DNA of 64,000 nt, taken from the NCBI GenBank assembly GCA_038911065.1, contig JBCKBR010000001.1, positions 6,013 to 70,012 of the forward strand. The letters run 5' to 3'. Position numbers and translations under genes: made by a program. This document shows, piece by piece, positions 43,795 through 52,998 of the stretch. Each line of letters starts with the position of its first letter. The first letter of the stretch is position 1. The notes under the pieces were generated by a model that saw only the letters and a list, made by a program, of their open reading frames with translations, made no database searches and was not told where the DNA came from. The DNA is from Gaiellales bacterium. GTDB lineage: Bacteria > Actinomycetota > Thermoleophilia > Gaiellales > F1-60-MAGs149.

Positions 43795-44943
43795 CTACGT
43801 CGAGGTATTGAGGACCTTCGCGTAGGCGTCGCGCAGGCGCCCGGCGTAGGCCTCGATGGAGTAGACGTCCGCGAAGTGCGGATCGATCGTGGGGACCACT
43901 GGCGGGTCGTTGAGTGGGCCCTCTGCGAGCGTGCGCGCCAGTCCGACCCAATCGCCGGGGTCGATCAGCATGGCGGAATCGCCAACGACCTCGGGTATCA
44001 CGCCCGAGCGCGTGGTAATCACGGGTGTACCACTGACGAGTGCCTCGGCGAGCACCATGCCGAACTGCTCCTCCCAATGCCAGACCGGCAGGCTCGCCAA
44101 CACGACACAGGCGGCGCTGGCAAAGACGGTGCCCATCTGGTCGTTGGGCACGTGGCGACGGAACTCGACGAAGGAACCGATACCGAGCTCGTCAGCGTGC
44201 ATGCGGAGCTTTGCTTCGTCGGGTCCAGAGCTGATGATCAGCAGGCGCGGCTTGACGACGGATCCATCGGGACGGGTTTGCAGGCCGCGGTGCAGTAGGG
44301 CAACTGCGCGGAGTACATCTTGGTGGCCCTTTTCCCAGACGAGGCGTGCGGGCGAGACGATCAGCGGCGAAGCGGGGTCGATCGGTTGTCGAACAGCAGC
44401 TGAGAACGCCTGTGTATCGACCTGTGGCAGGCACACCTGGATGCGGTCTTCGTCGACACCTTCGAGCAGCAGCGCCAGCCTCGAACGCTCGCTGGTCGGT
44501 AGAAACAGGTCGGTGGCGGCGATCGTGGCATCGCGGTAGGGGCGTGCACGCTTGCGGCGATACGCGTTGAGGAGTGGGATCGTTTCCCAGATCGTGACGA
44601 CGAGTTTAAAGGCATCAGTCTGTTGCCGCAATTGTGCGGCTTGTCCGCTGTACCAGGGGCCAATCTCAACGGTGTGGACGATATCGGCGCCCTCGACGAT
44701 TGGCTCGAGGTCGCGATATTCGTCGCCCGGTAGCAGCGTCGCCATGTCGAACAGGCGTCCCTTGGGGAGCAGCCCGCGTCGCGACTTGACGGTGACATGC
44801 GGTTGCGTCGACGGGCTCGTCTCGGCGCCACGGTGATCGGTGATGGCGAACGTGAAGTCGAAGTCATCGCGCAGGTAGTCCCATACCTTCCAACCATTGT
44901 CGGTCAGGTGGTGTCCGTGGAGTACGACGATGCGCGGCTTCAT
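43795..44943 (-). CDS. Glycosyltransferase family 4 (GT-B)
   Basis: EEQFGMVLAEALVSGTPVI. 382 aa. Confidence 0.8.
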   Translation of the reverse strand: MKPRIVVLHGHHLTDNGWKVWDYLRDDFDFTFAITDHRGAETSPSTQPHVTVKSRRGLLPKGRLFDMATLLPGDEYRDLEPIVEGADIVHTVEIGPWYSGQAAQLRQQTDAFKLVVTIWETIPLLNAYRRKRARPYRDATIAATDLFLPTSERSRLALLLEGVDEDRIQVCLPQVDTQAFSAAVRQPIDPASPLIVSPARLVWEKGHQDVLRAVALLHRGLQTRPDGSVVKPRLLIISSGPDEAKLRMHADELGIGSFVEFRRHVPNDQMGTVFASAACVVLASLPVWHWEEQFGMVLAEALVSGTPVITTRSGVIPEVVGDSAMLIDPGDWVGLARTLAEGPLNDPPVVPTIDPHFADVYSIEAYAGRLRDAYAKVLNTST

Positions 44944-46469
44944 GCTGCTCCGTAGTATCGCCGCAGAAACGCGCGCAGGCGATCCTCACCATAGATTGGT
45001 GCGCCAAGCGCAACGACGAGTTCGGCCGGGACGGCTCGCAGGGCGATCGCGATCAGCGAGAACACGATGCCGCCGCCGAGTGCCGCGAGCCATCCGGAGG
45101 GCAGCGGTACGAACGCTATCGAGGCGGCCGCCGCCATGCAGATTGCGATCTTCCACGAGAAGCGCATCGACGGCAAGACGGCTGGCGCATTGCGATGGAG
45201 CGTGATCGCGAGCATCAGTACCAGTAGTGCCTCGGCTGCCACTATGGCGATCGCCCCGCCGATGGCGTCATAGCGCTCGACCAGTACGACACCAAAGACG
45301 ATTACGGCCGCGAGTGCAATCGCATTGGCGAATATGAGTGATTGCTGTCGACGTAGAGAGATCAGCGCGTTCTGCAGGGTCTGCGATAGGAATACGCCAA
45401 CGATTGCAAAGGCCTGCACTTGGAGGATCGGACTGGCCTCGGCGAATGCTGCGCCACCGATCAGCTGGATCAGGGAACTGGCAGAGAGTGCAAGCGTGAC
45501 AGCGATCAGTGTTGAGACGATCAACCCGAGCTCGGTCATCAACTGGATCGCGTCGCGCAGGCGATTATGGTTCGTGGCGCTCGCCACCGACAGGATCGGG
45601 AGCGCGAGCGCGATCATCAGTCCCGGTAGACCAACGACTACCTCCATGATGCGCGATGACGTCACGAACAGGCCCGTTTCGTAGGCGCTTGCGAGCAGCG
45701 AGACGATAATCACCATCGCGCCGCCATAGAGGACGATCGTCGTTGATGCGATGGCGAGTGGGAGCGTCTCGCGGGCGAGGTGTACGACATCTCCACGGTT
45801 CGCACGAATGCCAATCTTGATCGTGCGGCGCACATAGAGGAGCGTGAGGACCAGCAGCAGTGCGGCGATGGGGATCTGCAACACGAAGAACCACGTCAGG
45901 CCCGCCTCGGCCAGAACGAGCACGAGGACGCCGACGAATGTCAGTGCATGGCGGAGAATCTCAAAGCCGGTCAAGGGCGCAATCCGAAGGGTCACGAGTA
46001 GTGGCACCGTTGCCATGGCCTGCATGCTGATCAGCACCACCGAGAAGCCGACGAGTGCCGCGCCGAGCGTGAGTTCGGAGGAATAGGCAATCGCGGCGAA
46101 CGCAATGGCGATCAAGACTCCACCGGTCGTTGTCACGAGCCGTAGTGCCATCAGCGTCGAGGCTGTGCGTGTGCGAGCTTCGCCGTCACGCGCCACAGAC
46201 AATTCGCGCGCACCAATCGTCGTTAGTCCGCCGTCAGATAGCGCCAGCACAAGCCCGAGTAGCGCAGCCACGACACCGTATTTGCCGTAGTCGACGACTC
46301 CGAGATAACGGAGCAGCAGTGCCGACGTGCCGAGTCCGAAGAGGATGCCGACCCCGAAGCCGGCTGCGCGGATTACGCCGCCGCGAATCACGCGGCCACC
46401 GGCCGCGCCCGTGTGCAGTACATCGTTGTGTGTCTGCGGAGTGGAGTCGGTGTCGTCAGTGTCGTTCAT
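44940..46469 (-). CDS. Wzx-type oligosaccharide flippase (MOP superfamily)
   Basis: 509 aa with about 14 TM segments. LLRYLGVVDYGKYGVVAALLG is typical of polysaccharide biosynthesis/flippase proteins. ATGA overlap with the downstream GT4. Confidence 0.7.
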   Translation of the reverse strand: MNDTDDTDSTPQTHNDVLHTGAAGGRVIRGGVIRAAGFGVGILFGLGTSALLLRYLGVVDYGKYGVVAALLGLVLALSDGGLTTIGARELSVARDGEARTRTASTLMALRLVTTTGGVLIAIAFAAIAYSSELTLGAALVGFSVVLISMQAMATVPLLVTLRIAPLTGFEILRHALTFVGVLVLVLAEAGLTWFFVLQIPIAALLLVLTLLYVRRTIKIGIRANRGDVVHLARETLPLAIASTTIVLYGGAMVIIVSLLASAYETGLFVTSSRIMEVVVGLPGLMIALALPILSVASATNHNRLRDAIQLMTELGLIVSTLIAVTLALSASSLIQLIGGAAFAEASPILQVQAFAIVGVFLSQTLQNALISLRRQQSLIFANAIALAAVIVFGVVLVERYDAIGGAIAIVAAEALLVLMLAITLHRNAPAVLPSMRFSWKIAICMAAAASIAFVPLPSGWLAALGGGIVFSLIAIALRAVPAELVVALGAPIYGEDRLRAFLRRYYGAA

Positions 46470-46518
46470 GGTCTTCTGTTGGACACGTCATGCGAGTCCT
46501 GCTGGGTACTATGGCGGG

Positions 46519-47484
46519 GTGACGCGCAGGAAAGCTCTCATCACCGGCATTGGCGGCCAAGACGGCTCGTACCTTGCGGAGTATCTCATTGGTCGCGGCG
46601 TGGACGTGCTTGGGGTTGAACGGCCGGGTGGGGTGGCAGATTATCCGAACCTAGCAGCCGTCGCCGACAAGGTATCGATGGTGTCGGTCGATCTCTGTGA
46701 TGCCGCCTCGGTGATTGCGGCGGTGGATGAGTATCGCCCGGACTGGATCTTCCATCTTGCAGGCATCACATTCGTACCGACGTCGTGGCAGCACCCGACA
46801 CCAACGGTCGAGATGGCCGCCACGTCGACGTCGGCGTTTCTCGATGCGATTGTCAATGTCGATCGCTCGATTCGCTTCTTTCAGGCCGCCTCGGCCGAGG
46901 TCTTTGGTCGTCCGACCGAGTCGCCACAGAACGAGCAGACGCCGATTGCGCCGATCACGCCGTATGGCGCAGGCAAGGCGCTGAGCCTGTTCTTGACGCG
47001 CATGTATCGCGAGCGCTTCGACCTGCACGCGTCGTGCGGCATTCTCTTCAACCACGAGTCGCCACGTCGTCCGACCGATTTTGTGACACGCAAGGTCACG
47101 CGCGCGGCCGTCGAGATCAGCCTCGGTCTCGAGAGCGAGCTGCGGCTCGGCAACCTCGATGCTGCACGTGATTGGACGTTCGCGGGAGATACCGTGCGGG
47201 GTATTGCGTTGATGGTCGAGGGCGACAAGCCGGGCGAGTATGTGCTCGCCAGTGGTACGACGCACTCGATCCGCGAGTTGCTCGACATCGCCTTCGGGCG
47301 CGTTGGTCTCGACTGGTCCAAGCACGTCGTCGTCGACGAGCAATTCAATCGTCCGAACGAGGCGACTACGATCTGTGGCGATCCGTCGCTGGCAGAGCGC
47401 GAGCTCGGCTGGCATCGCGACATGTCGTTTCAGCAGCTGATCGAGCTGATGGTTGATGCCGATCTCGCCGCGCTCCAGCCATAG
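46519..47484 (+). CDS. gmd: GDP-mannose 4,6-dehydratase, divergent paralogue
   Basis: [25 protein letters not shown] and [10 protein letters not shown] motifs. GTG 46519 is chosen; TACTAT lies 6 nt upstream. Confidence 0.75.
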   Translation: MTRRKALITGIGGQDGSYLAEYLIGRGVDVLGVERPGGVADYPNLAAVADKVSMVSVDLCDAASVIAAVDEYRPDWIFHLAGITFVPTSWQHPTPTVEMAATSTSAFLDAIVNVDRSIRFFQAASAEVFGRPTESPQNEQTPIAPITPYGAGKALSLFLTRMYRERFDLHASCGILFNHESPRRPTDFVTRKVTRAAVEISLGLESELRLGNLDAARDWTFAGDTVRGIALMVEGDKPGEYVLASGTTHSIRELLDIAFGRVGLDWSKHVVVDEQFNRPNEATTICGDPSLAERELGWHRDMSFQQLIELMVDADLAALQP

Positions 47485-47603
47485 TGATCACCCCATCTTG
47501 ACGCGTTCGGCGGGGACTGTTTTCCGCGCAGAGTCCCACCTATGATGCAATAGGAGGGAATCCCGACAACTCGGTCGTCGCGGTGTCGGGATGCGGTACT
47601 CGT

Positions 47604-49076
47604 ATGCACAAGCATTTACGCATCATTTGTTGTGTGCTTATTGGCGCGCTTGCAGTATCTAGTGCGCCGTCGACGTATGCTCGTGCGCACCCCACGAAAC
47701 CCACGCGTTCGTCAGACGCAAAGCCCCAGCGTCCCGCCAAGCCAGCACCACCGCTCGCTCCTGTGCAAGTGCCAGCACTGACAGGATCGTGGTGGCAGGT
47801 GCCGCCGGCGAATGGGGCCATCGAGGGTTATGCCGATAAGGTCAGCGCTTTGCCGGGCGAGAGCGTGTCGCTGCGCATTAGCTCGACGGGCGGCGCCAGC
47901 TATCTCGTACGCGTGCTGCGCTTGGATGCCTCGGCAAACGACGCGAGCGGGGTTAGTTCGAGTCAGCCGCACGCAGGCATACAACAGCCTGGAGCCACGG
48001 TCGATGCTGTCACCGGCGAAATCCGAGCACCGTGGTCGGTCACCGACACCATCGCGATCGGTCGCAATTGGCCGAGTGGGTACTACGTCGTGCAGTTTGT
48101 CCTGACATCGGGCCCGATGGCGGGTACGGCGTCGTGGACGCCGCTGATCGTGCGGCGCTCGCCGAACAAGCCGCCCGCCCGCGTGCTTGTCGAGATTCCC
48201 ATCTCGACCTGGCAGGCGTACAACACCTGGGGCGGCATGAGCGCCTATAGCGGCGGCCCGTGGAGCGATGTTGTCTCCTTCGACCGGCCGTATGTGGGTG
48301 GTCTGATCGGCTGGGAGTATCCACTTGTCCGATACCTCGCCCGCACGGGCCTGGATGTTGAGTATCAGACCGACCTCGACACCAACAACCATCCGGCGTC
48401 GCTCAGGCGCCACCGGCTGGTGATTGTCAACGGCCACGACGAGTACTGGACACCCAGAACGAGCCGTGCGTTCTACGAGGCCAAACGTGCAGGTGTCAAC
48501 CTCGCCTTCTTCGGTGCAAACATCGGCTACTGGCGTACCCGCCTGCAAGACAACGGGCGCGCACTGGCGATCTACAAGCATGGTGGGGACCCCGTGACGG
48601 ATCCTAGGACGACGACACGCTACTTTCGTGACACGGAGCCCGAGTGCACGCTGCTCGGCGTCCAACACCAAGGCGGGCTTGTCAATTGGCCGGATGGGAG
48701 TTACACCGTGGATGCCAAAGGTCTTGGTAACGCCTGGTTTCGGCGGACGGGGTTTGTAGTTGGCGACCAACTCGCGGGGCTTGTCAGTACCGAAGCCGAT
48801 ACCTTCCCGAATTCGTTCGCATCAGTTGGCAAGACCTGTCCTGGACGACCCATCACGACGCTGTTTCGACGCGACCTAGGGGGCGATACCCTCGGCGACG
48901 CGCGTGCCGTCACCTGGACGTCACACAGTGGTGGCCGCATCTTTGCGGCGGGCTCGCTCAACTTATCGTGGGGGCTCGACGACATTTGGCAGCGCTGGAT
49001 GGGGCAGCCATCGCTGGTCGATGCGCGCCTGCAGCGGTTCGTCCGCAACATGCTTCACGACCTCGCTGGGTCGTAG
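47604..49076 (+). CDS. Secreted protein with an N,N-dimethylformamidase-beta-like (DUF-type) domain
   Basis: Signal peptide MHKHLRIICCVLIGALAVSSAPSTYA. The motif STWQAYNTWGGMSAY is recalled from this family. The track start is GTG 47583. Confidence 0.45.
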   Translation: MHKHLRIICCVLIGALAVSSAPSTYARAHPTKPTRSSDAKPQRPAKPAPPLAPVQVPALTGSWWQVPPANGAIEGYADKVSALPGESVSLRISSTGGASYLVRVLRLDASANDASGVSSSQPHAGIQQPGATVDAVTGEIRAPWSVTDTIAIGRNWPSGYYVVQFVLTSGPMAGTASWTPLIVRRSPNKPPARVLVEIPISTWQAYNTWGGMSAYSGGPWSDVVSFDRPYVGGLIGWEYPLVRYLARTGLDVEYQTDLDTNNHPASLRRHRLVIVNGHDEYWTPRTSRAFYEAKRAGVNLAFFGANIGYWRTRLQDNGRALAIYKHGGDPVTDPRTTTRYFRDTEPECTLLGVQHQGGLVNWPDGSYTVDAKGLGNAWFRRTGFVVGDQLAGLVSTEADTFPNSFASVGKTCPGRPITTLFRRDLGGDTLGDARAVTWTSHSGGRIFAAGSLNLSWGLDDIWQRWMGQPSLVDARLQRFVRNMLHDLAGS

Positions 49077-49162
49077 GTCAGGCTCGGTTTCGTGATGGGG
49101 GGCGGATGCCACATCCGCGCGGTTGTGGCATCCGCCCCCCCCATCACGAAACCGAGCCTGAC
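49077..49162. repeat. 86-nt palindrome: REP-like core (49101-49136) inside a TTTCGTGATGGGG clamp and longer arms
   Basis: GTCAGGCTCGGTTTCGTGAT (49077-49096) is the exact reverse complement of 49143-49162. The core is 31/36 identical to the RAYT-flanking REP. G4 versus C6 run asymmetry. Confidence 0.95.
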
Positions 49163-50226
49163 GCGAGTTCGTGGTACACCGCGACGTGGGCTTTTGCGCA
49201 GCGCCTCCACGTAAACTGTGGTGCGCGTTCGAGCCCGCGGGCAACGTACGGCGCGGGGTCGCGCAGCAGCGTCGTGACGGCGTCGACCATGGCATCAACG
49301 GAGGTCGGGTCGAACAATACGGCTGCATCGCCACAGACCTCGGGAAGCGAGCTGGCGTTCGAGGAGGCAACGGGGCAGCCTGTGCCCATCGCCTCGATCA
49401 CGGGCATACCGAAGCCCTCGTAGAGGCTGGGGTAGACCAGTGCTGCTGCGGTGCGATAGAGCCGTACGAGTTCAGTCGTGCTGACACGCCCGCGCGCCTC
49501 TACGCCCGCAGGAAGCACCTGTCCGTAATGCTTCGAACCCGTCAAGACCAGGCGCAGCGATGGGTTGTCGCGGCGCAACAAGGCGAATGCTTCGAAGAGT
49601 CGCTGATGGTTCTTGTGGGGCCAGTTGTTGGCCGGATACAACAGAAACGACTCTCGTTCCAGGTTGCCCGGCGAAAAGATCGCGGGGTCTGCCCCGAGGT
49701 AGATCACGCGAATGCGTTCGCGTGGTACATGGAGCCGCTCGTGGATCGTCTCGGCTGCGTGTTGCGAGATCGCAATCACGAGTGTGCTCTTGCGAGCCGT
49801 CCGACCATAGATTAGTCGTCGATAGGCGATCTCGGGCTTCGAGAAAAACTGCGGAATAAACTCGTGCTGCACGTCCAGAATCGTCGAGACCGTCGGGACC
49901 GATTCGACCGTGGGGATCATCGTACTGAACGGAAAGTGCAGTACGTCGATTGTGTCGAGCTGCATCTCGCGGCGGATTGGGCCTCCGGCAAAGGTGGCCT
50001 CTGTCATGCCCAGCAGGCGTCCCTTGTTCGACCGGTTTGCACGGTACTTCGTAATCACGCTGTGCGGAAGATCCTCGTGGGCGTCTGCGCTGATCGTCGA
50101 GAGGTAGATGCGTGGCTCGATCTCGGGATAGTGCGGCAGCTCTCGCAGCAACGCGCGAAAGGCGACCTCGGAGCCACCGACGACGCCGGGAATCAGCGTA
50201 AGCGCAGAAAGACCGACACGAATCAT
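49144..50226 (-). CDS. Glycosyltransferase family 4 (GT-B)
   Basis: EGFGMPVIEAMGTGCPVA. The last 6 codons and the stop lie in the palindrome arm. Confidence 0.85.
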   Translation of the reverse strand: MIRVGLSALTLIPGVVGGSEVAFRALLRELPHYPEIEPRIYLSTISADAHEDLPHSVITKYRANRSNKGRLLGMTEATFAGGPIRREMQLDTIDVLHFPFSTMIPTVESVPTVSTILDVQHEFIPQFFSKPEIAYRRLIYGRTARKSTLVIAISQHAAETIHERLHVPRERIRVIYLGADPAIFSPGNLERESFLLYPANNWPHKNHQRLFEAFALLRRDNPSLRLVLTGSKHYGQVLPAGVEARGRVSTTELVRLYRTAAALVYPSLYEGFGMPVIEAMGTGCPVASSNASSLPEVCGDAAVLFDPTSVDAMVDAVTTLLRDPAPYVARGLERAPQFTWRRCAKAHVAVYHELASGSVS

Positions 50227-50307
50227 GGAGAAAGGCTAGCGGGCGTCGACCGCGAAACCAGCAGACGACGGTGTAGCGGCTGTGGTCGCTAGTATCGTAC
50301 GTGTTGT

Positions 50308-50643
50308 ATGGATGCTGTCGACCCCAATGATTCCCGCTCGATCCAAGACGCACTTGAGCGTGAGCTCGGACTGCGCGGTGGCCTGACAGGCGAGTCCACT
50401 ACCAATCTCTTTGATCTTGAACGGACAGCCTTTGTCTGTGCTGGTTCGCCGGGTGTCGGTGGCAGAAATAACGGAGTTGTCGCGCGCACCATGCGCAAGG
50501 TGATGTTCAAACTGACGCGCTGGTATGTCGAGCCGTTTGTGCTGCAGCAGCGGGCATTCAATCTCACAGCGGTGCGGTATATCGCTGGACTTGAGCGGCG
50601 GGTCGCCGAGCTAGAACGGGACTCCCCGGTGGACGACGCGTGA
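50308..50643 (+). CDS. Small hypothetical protein with a C-terminal coiled-coil-like helix (111 aa)
   Basis: MFKLTRWYVEPFVLQQRAFNLTAVRYIAGLERRVAELER. GTGA overlap with the downstream GT4. Confidence 0.45.
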   Translation: MDAVDPNDSRSIQDALERELGLRGGLTGESTTNLFDLERTAFVCAGSPGVGGRNNGVVARTMRKVMFKLTRWYVEPFVLQQRAFNLTAVRYIAGLERRVAELERDSPVDDA

Positions 50644-51671
50644 GGATCGCAGTCTGCCTGCCGCAGGTGCCATTCGAGCACGGTGGGGCAGAGTTGTTTG
50701 CCGAGACGCTGGTGCGCGAGCTGCAGCAGCGCGACCACGAGGCCACGCTCGTAACGGTGCCGTTTAAGTGGTACCCCGGCACCCGCGTATTGACCCAGGC
50801 TTTTACTTGGCGCCTGCTCGACCTGGAAGAGTCGAATGGTCGCCCGATCGATTTGGTGGTGGGGACGAAGTTTCCCTCGTACTGCATTCGTCATCCAAAC
50901 AAAGTGATCTGGCTCGTGCACCAGTTTCGTCAGGCCTACGATTTTGATCGCACCGAGCTGGGCCAGTTCTCCGAGTCACCCGAAGATCGCGCCACGATTG
51001 AGGCGATCCGACGTATGGACGAGGTTGCTTTCGGCGAGGCGAAGGCCGTCTTTGCTACATCGCAGAATGTGGCCGGGCGCCTGCTCGAGTCGACGGGGGT
51101 GGTGGCCGAGGTGATGCCCCACCCGGCGCAGACGCTCGACTATCGCTTCGACCAGATCGGCGATTTCGCGCTTTCGGTCGGGCGTCTCGACCGTGCCAAA
51201 CGCGTCGGTCTCTTGCTGGAGGCCGCGAAACTGGGGGGCTTCAAGGTTGTGATCGCGGGCGATGGCCCCGAGCGAGTTGCGTTGGAAACGCAGGTGCAAC
51301 AACTGGCGATCGCCGACCGCGTGCAGTTCGCGGGTCGTGTCGACGATGCCACGCTCGCCGATCTCTATGCCACCTGCGGGTGCGTGTTTTACGCGCCAAT
51401 CGACGAAGACTTCGGGATGGTCCCGTACGAGGCGTTCTTGTCGGGCAAGCCGGTGGTCACGACACGCGATGCAGGCGGGCCGCTCGAGGTCGTCACGGAC
51501 GGCGTTACGGGTATCGTCGCAACCCCCGCTGCTGCGCCGATTGCCGATGCGGTGGCGCGTCTGCTCAACAGCTCCGACCGCGCGCAGGCTATGGGCGAGG
51601 CGGGGCGCAAGATCGCCGAGACTGTCACATGGGATTCCACGATCGAGCGGCTACTCGCCGCTGCGAGGTAG
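50640..51671 (+). CDS. Glycosyltransferase family 4 (GT-B)
   Basis: DEDFGMVPYEAFLSGKPVV. 343 aa. Confidence 0.8.
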   Translation: MRIAVCLPQVPFEHGGAELFAETLVRELQQRDHEATLVTVPFKWYPGTRVLTQAFTWRLLDLEESNGRPIDLVVGTKFPSYCIRHPNKVIWLVHQFRQAYDFDRTELGQFSESPEDRATIEAIRRMDEVAFGEAKAVFATSQNVAGRLLESTGVVAEVMPHPAQTLDYRFDQIGDFALSVGRLDRAKRVGLLLEAAKLGGFKVVIAGDGPERVALETQVQQLAIADRVQFAGRVDDATLADLYATCGCVFYAPIDEDFGMVPYEAFLSGKPVVTTRDAGGPLEVVTDGVTGIVATPAAAPIADAVARLLNSSDRAQAMGEAGRKIAETVTWDSTIERLLAAAR

Positions 51672-51673
51672 GC

Positions 51674-52918
51674 ATGCGCGTCGCGTACTTCTCACCGATG
51701 CCGCCGAATTCGAGTGGCATTGCCGACTACAGCGCACTCTTGGTGCCCGAGCTCGGCAGACTCGTCGAGCTCGAGGTCATCAGCGAGCCAAAGCGGCGCA
51801 TGGGGAAGGGTTGCGATCTCGCGCTCTATCACGTGGGCAACAACCCCGAGGTGCATGGCTGGATCGTCGAGGCACTGCGCTCTCGCCCAGGTCTGGTCGT
51901 GCTGCACGAGCACGTGCTGCATCACCTGATCGCTGGCATGACGATCGCGGTCGGCGACCAAGATGGTTACCTCCGCGCGATGCAGCGCGACGCCGGTGTG
52001 GTCGGGCGCTTGCTCGCACACGGCATCATCGATGGTGTGGTGCCACCCGTCTGGGAATCACGCCCAATGGACTTTCCATTGTGTGGCGAGATCCTCGATT
52101 TGGCCACGGGGTTGATCGTGCACTCGCAGACCGTAGAAGACGCTGCGCGGAGCCGTGGTTACGCCGGGCCGATCTATCGGATCCCACACCCCGCCTGGCC
52201 GAAGCCTGCCATCGCCACCGACGCTGCTTTGAGTGGTGTGAGTGGGCCGATCTTCGGCGCATTTGGACACCTCAATACTGCGAAGCGTGTCCCGCAACTC
52301 GTCGAGGCATTCGCGCGCGTCGTCGAGCAGCAGCCCGACGCCAAGTTGTTGCTTGTCGGTACGGCCTCGGAGGAGATCCATATCGACGGCAGGCTGGCCG
52401 AGATTGAGCGGACACACCCAGGCGCAGTGATTCGGCTGCCGTATGTTGATGAGGCTCGGCTCTGGAATCTCCTCGCCGCCTGCGACGTCTGTGTCTGTCT
52501 GCGCTATCCGACGATGGGGGAGACCTCGGGCATCGCGATTCGCGCGCTGGTCTGCGGGCGGCCACTGATCGTCAGCGATGTTGGCTGGTTCTCCGAGTTG
52601 TCCGACGACCTTGCCGTCCGTGTTGGCGTAGGCGATAGCGAGGTCGTGGCACTCTCTGAGGCAATGATCAGTCTTGCAACCGACCACGATCGGCGCCAGC
52701 GAATGAGCGCTGCAGCCACGGCGTATGCTGCCGACGAGTTGGCCGTTGAGCACGTGGCCGAGTTGTATCGGCGTGCGATCATCGACACTGCTGGTGGCGG
52801 CCTTGTGCGCGAGGCCGTCTTGTCGGACGTCGCGCGTGCCGCTGCGAGCGTCGGTCTCGGCCGTGACAGTCCGGGGCTTGCCGAGATCGTCGGTCGCTTA
52901 CGCGAGGTGCGCACCTGA
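51674..52918 (+). CDS. Glycosyltransferase family 4 (GT-B)
   Basis: MRVAYFSPMPPNSSGIADYS N-terminus and GETSGIAIRALVCGRPLI. ATG 51674 lies 2 nt after the upstream stop. Confidence 0.75.
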   Translation: MRVAYFSPMPPNSSGIADYSALLVPELGRLVELEVISEPKRRMGKGCDLALYHVGNNPEVHGWIVEALRSRPGLVVLHEHVLHHLIAGMTIAVGDQDGYLRAMQRDAGVVGRLLAHGIIDGVVPPVWESRPMDFPLCGEILDLATGLIVHSQTVEDAARSRGYAGPIYRIPHPAWPKPAIATDAALSGVSGPIFGAFGHLNTAKRVPQLVEAFARVVEQQPDAKLLLVGTASEEIHIDGRLAEIERTHPGAVIRLPYVDEARLWNLLAACDVCVCLRYPTMGETSGIAIRALVCGRPLIVSDVGWFSELSDDLAVRVGVGDSEVVALSEAMISLATDHDRRQRMSAAATAYAADELAVEHVAELYRRAIIDTAGGGLVREAVLSDVARAAASVGLGRDSPGLAEIVGRLREVRT

Positions 52919-52998
52919 GCACCATCGGCACGCACGAGATCGTTGCACGTGCGCGGAGGCGCCCCTCGCTCGCCGCCGCCCTAGTACTTACTGCGATC

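Noticed and set aside
47552-47558. Strong SD-like AGGAGGG upstream of the secreted DMFase-like gene
   Set aside because: No start codon lies at a functional distance: GTG 47583 is 24 nt away and ATG 47604 is 45 nt away. It was therefore not used to set the start, and no alternative ORF begins there.
51262-52407. 381-aa alternative-frame ORF and the 98-codon extension of ORF 51380-52918
   Set aside because: It is Arg/Ala-rich filler overlapping two GT4 genes with clear motifs. ATG 51674 gives the typical GT4 N-terminus MRVAYFSPMPP.
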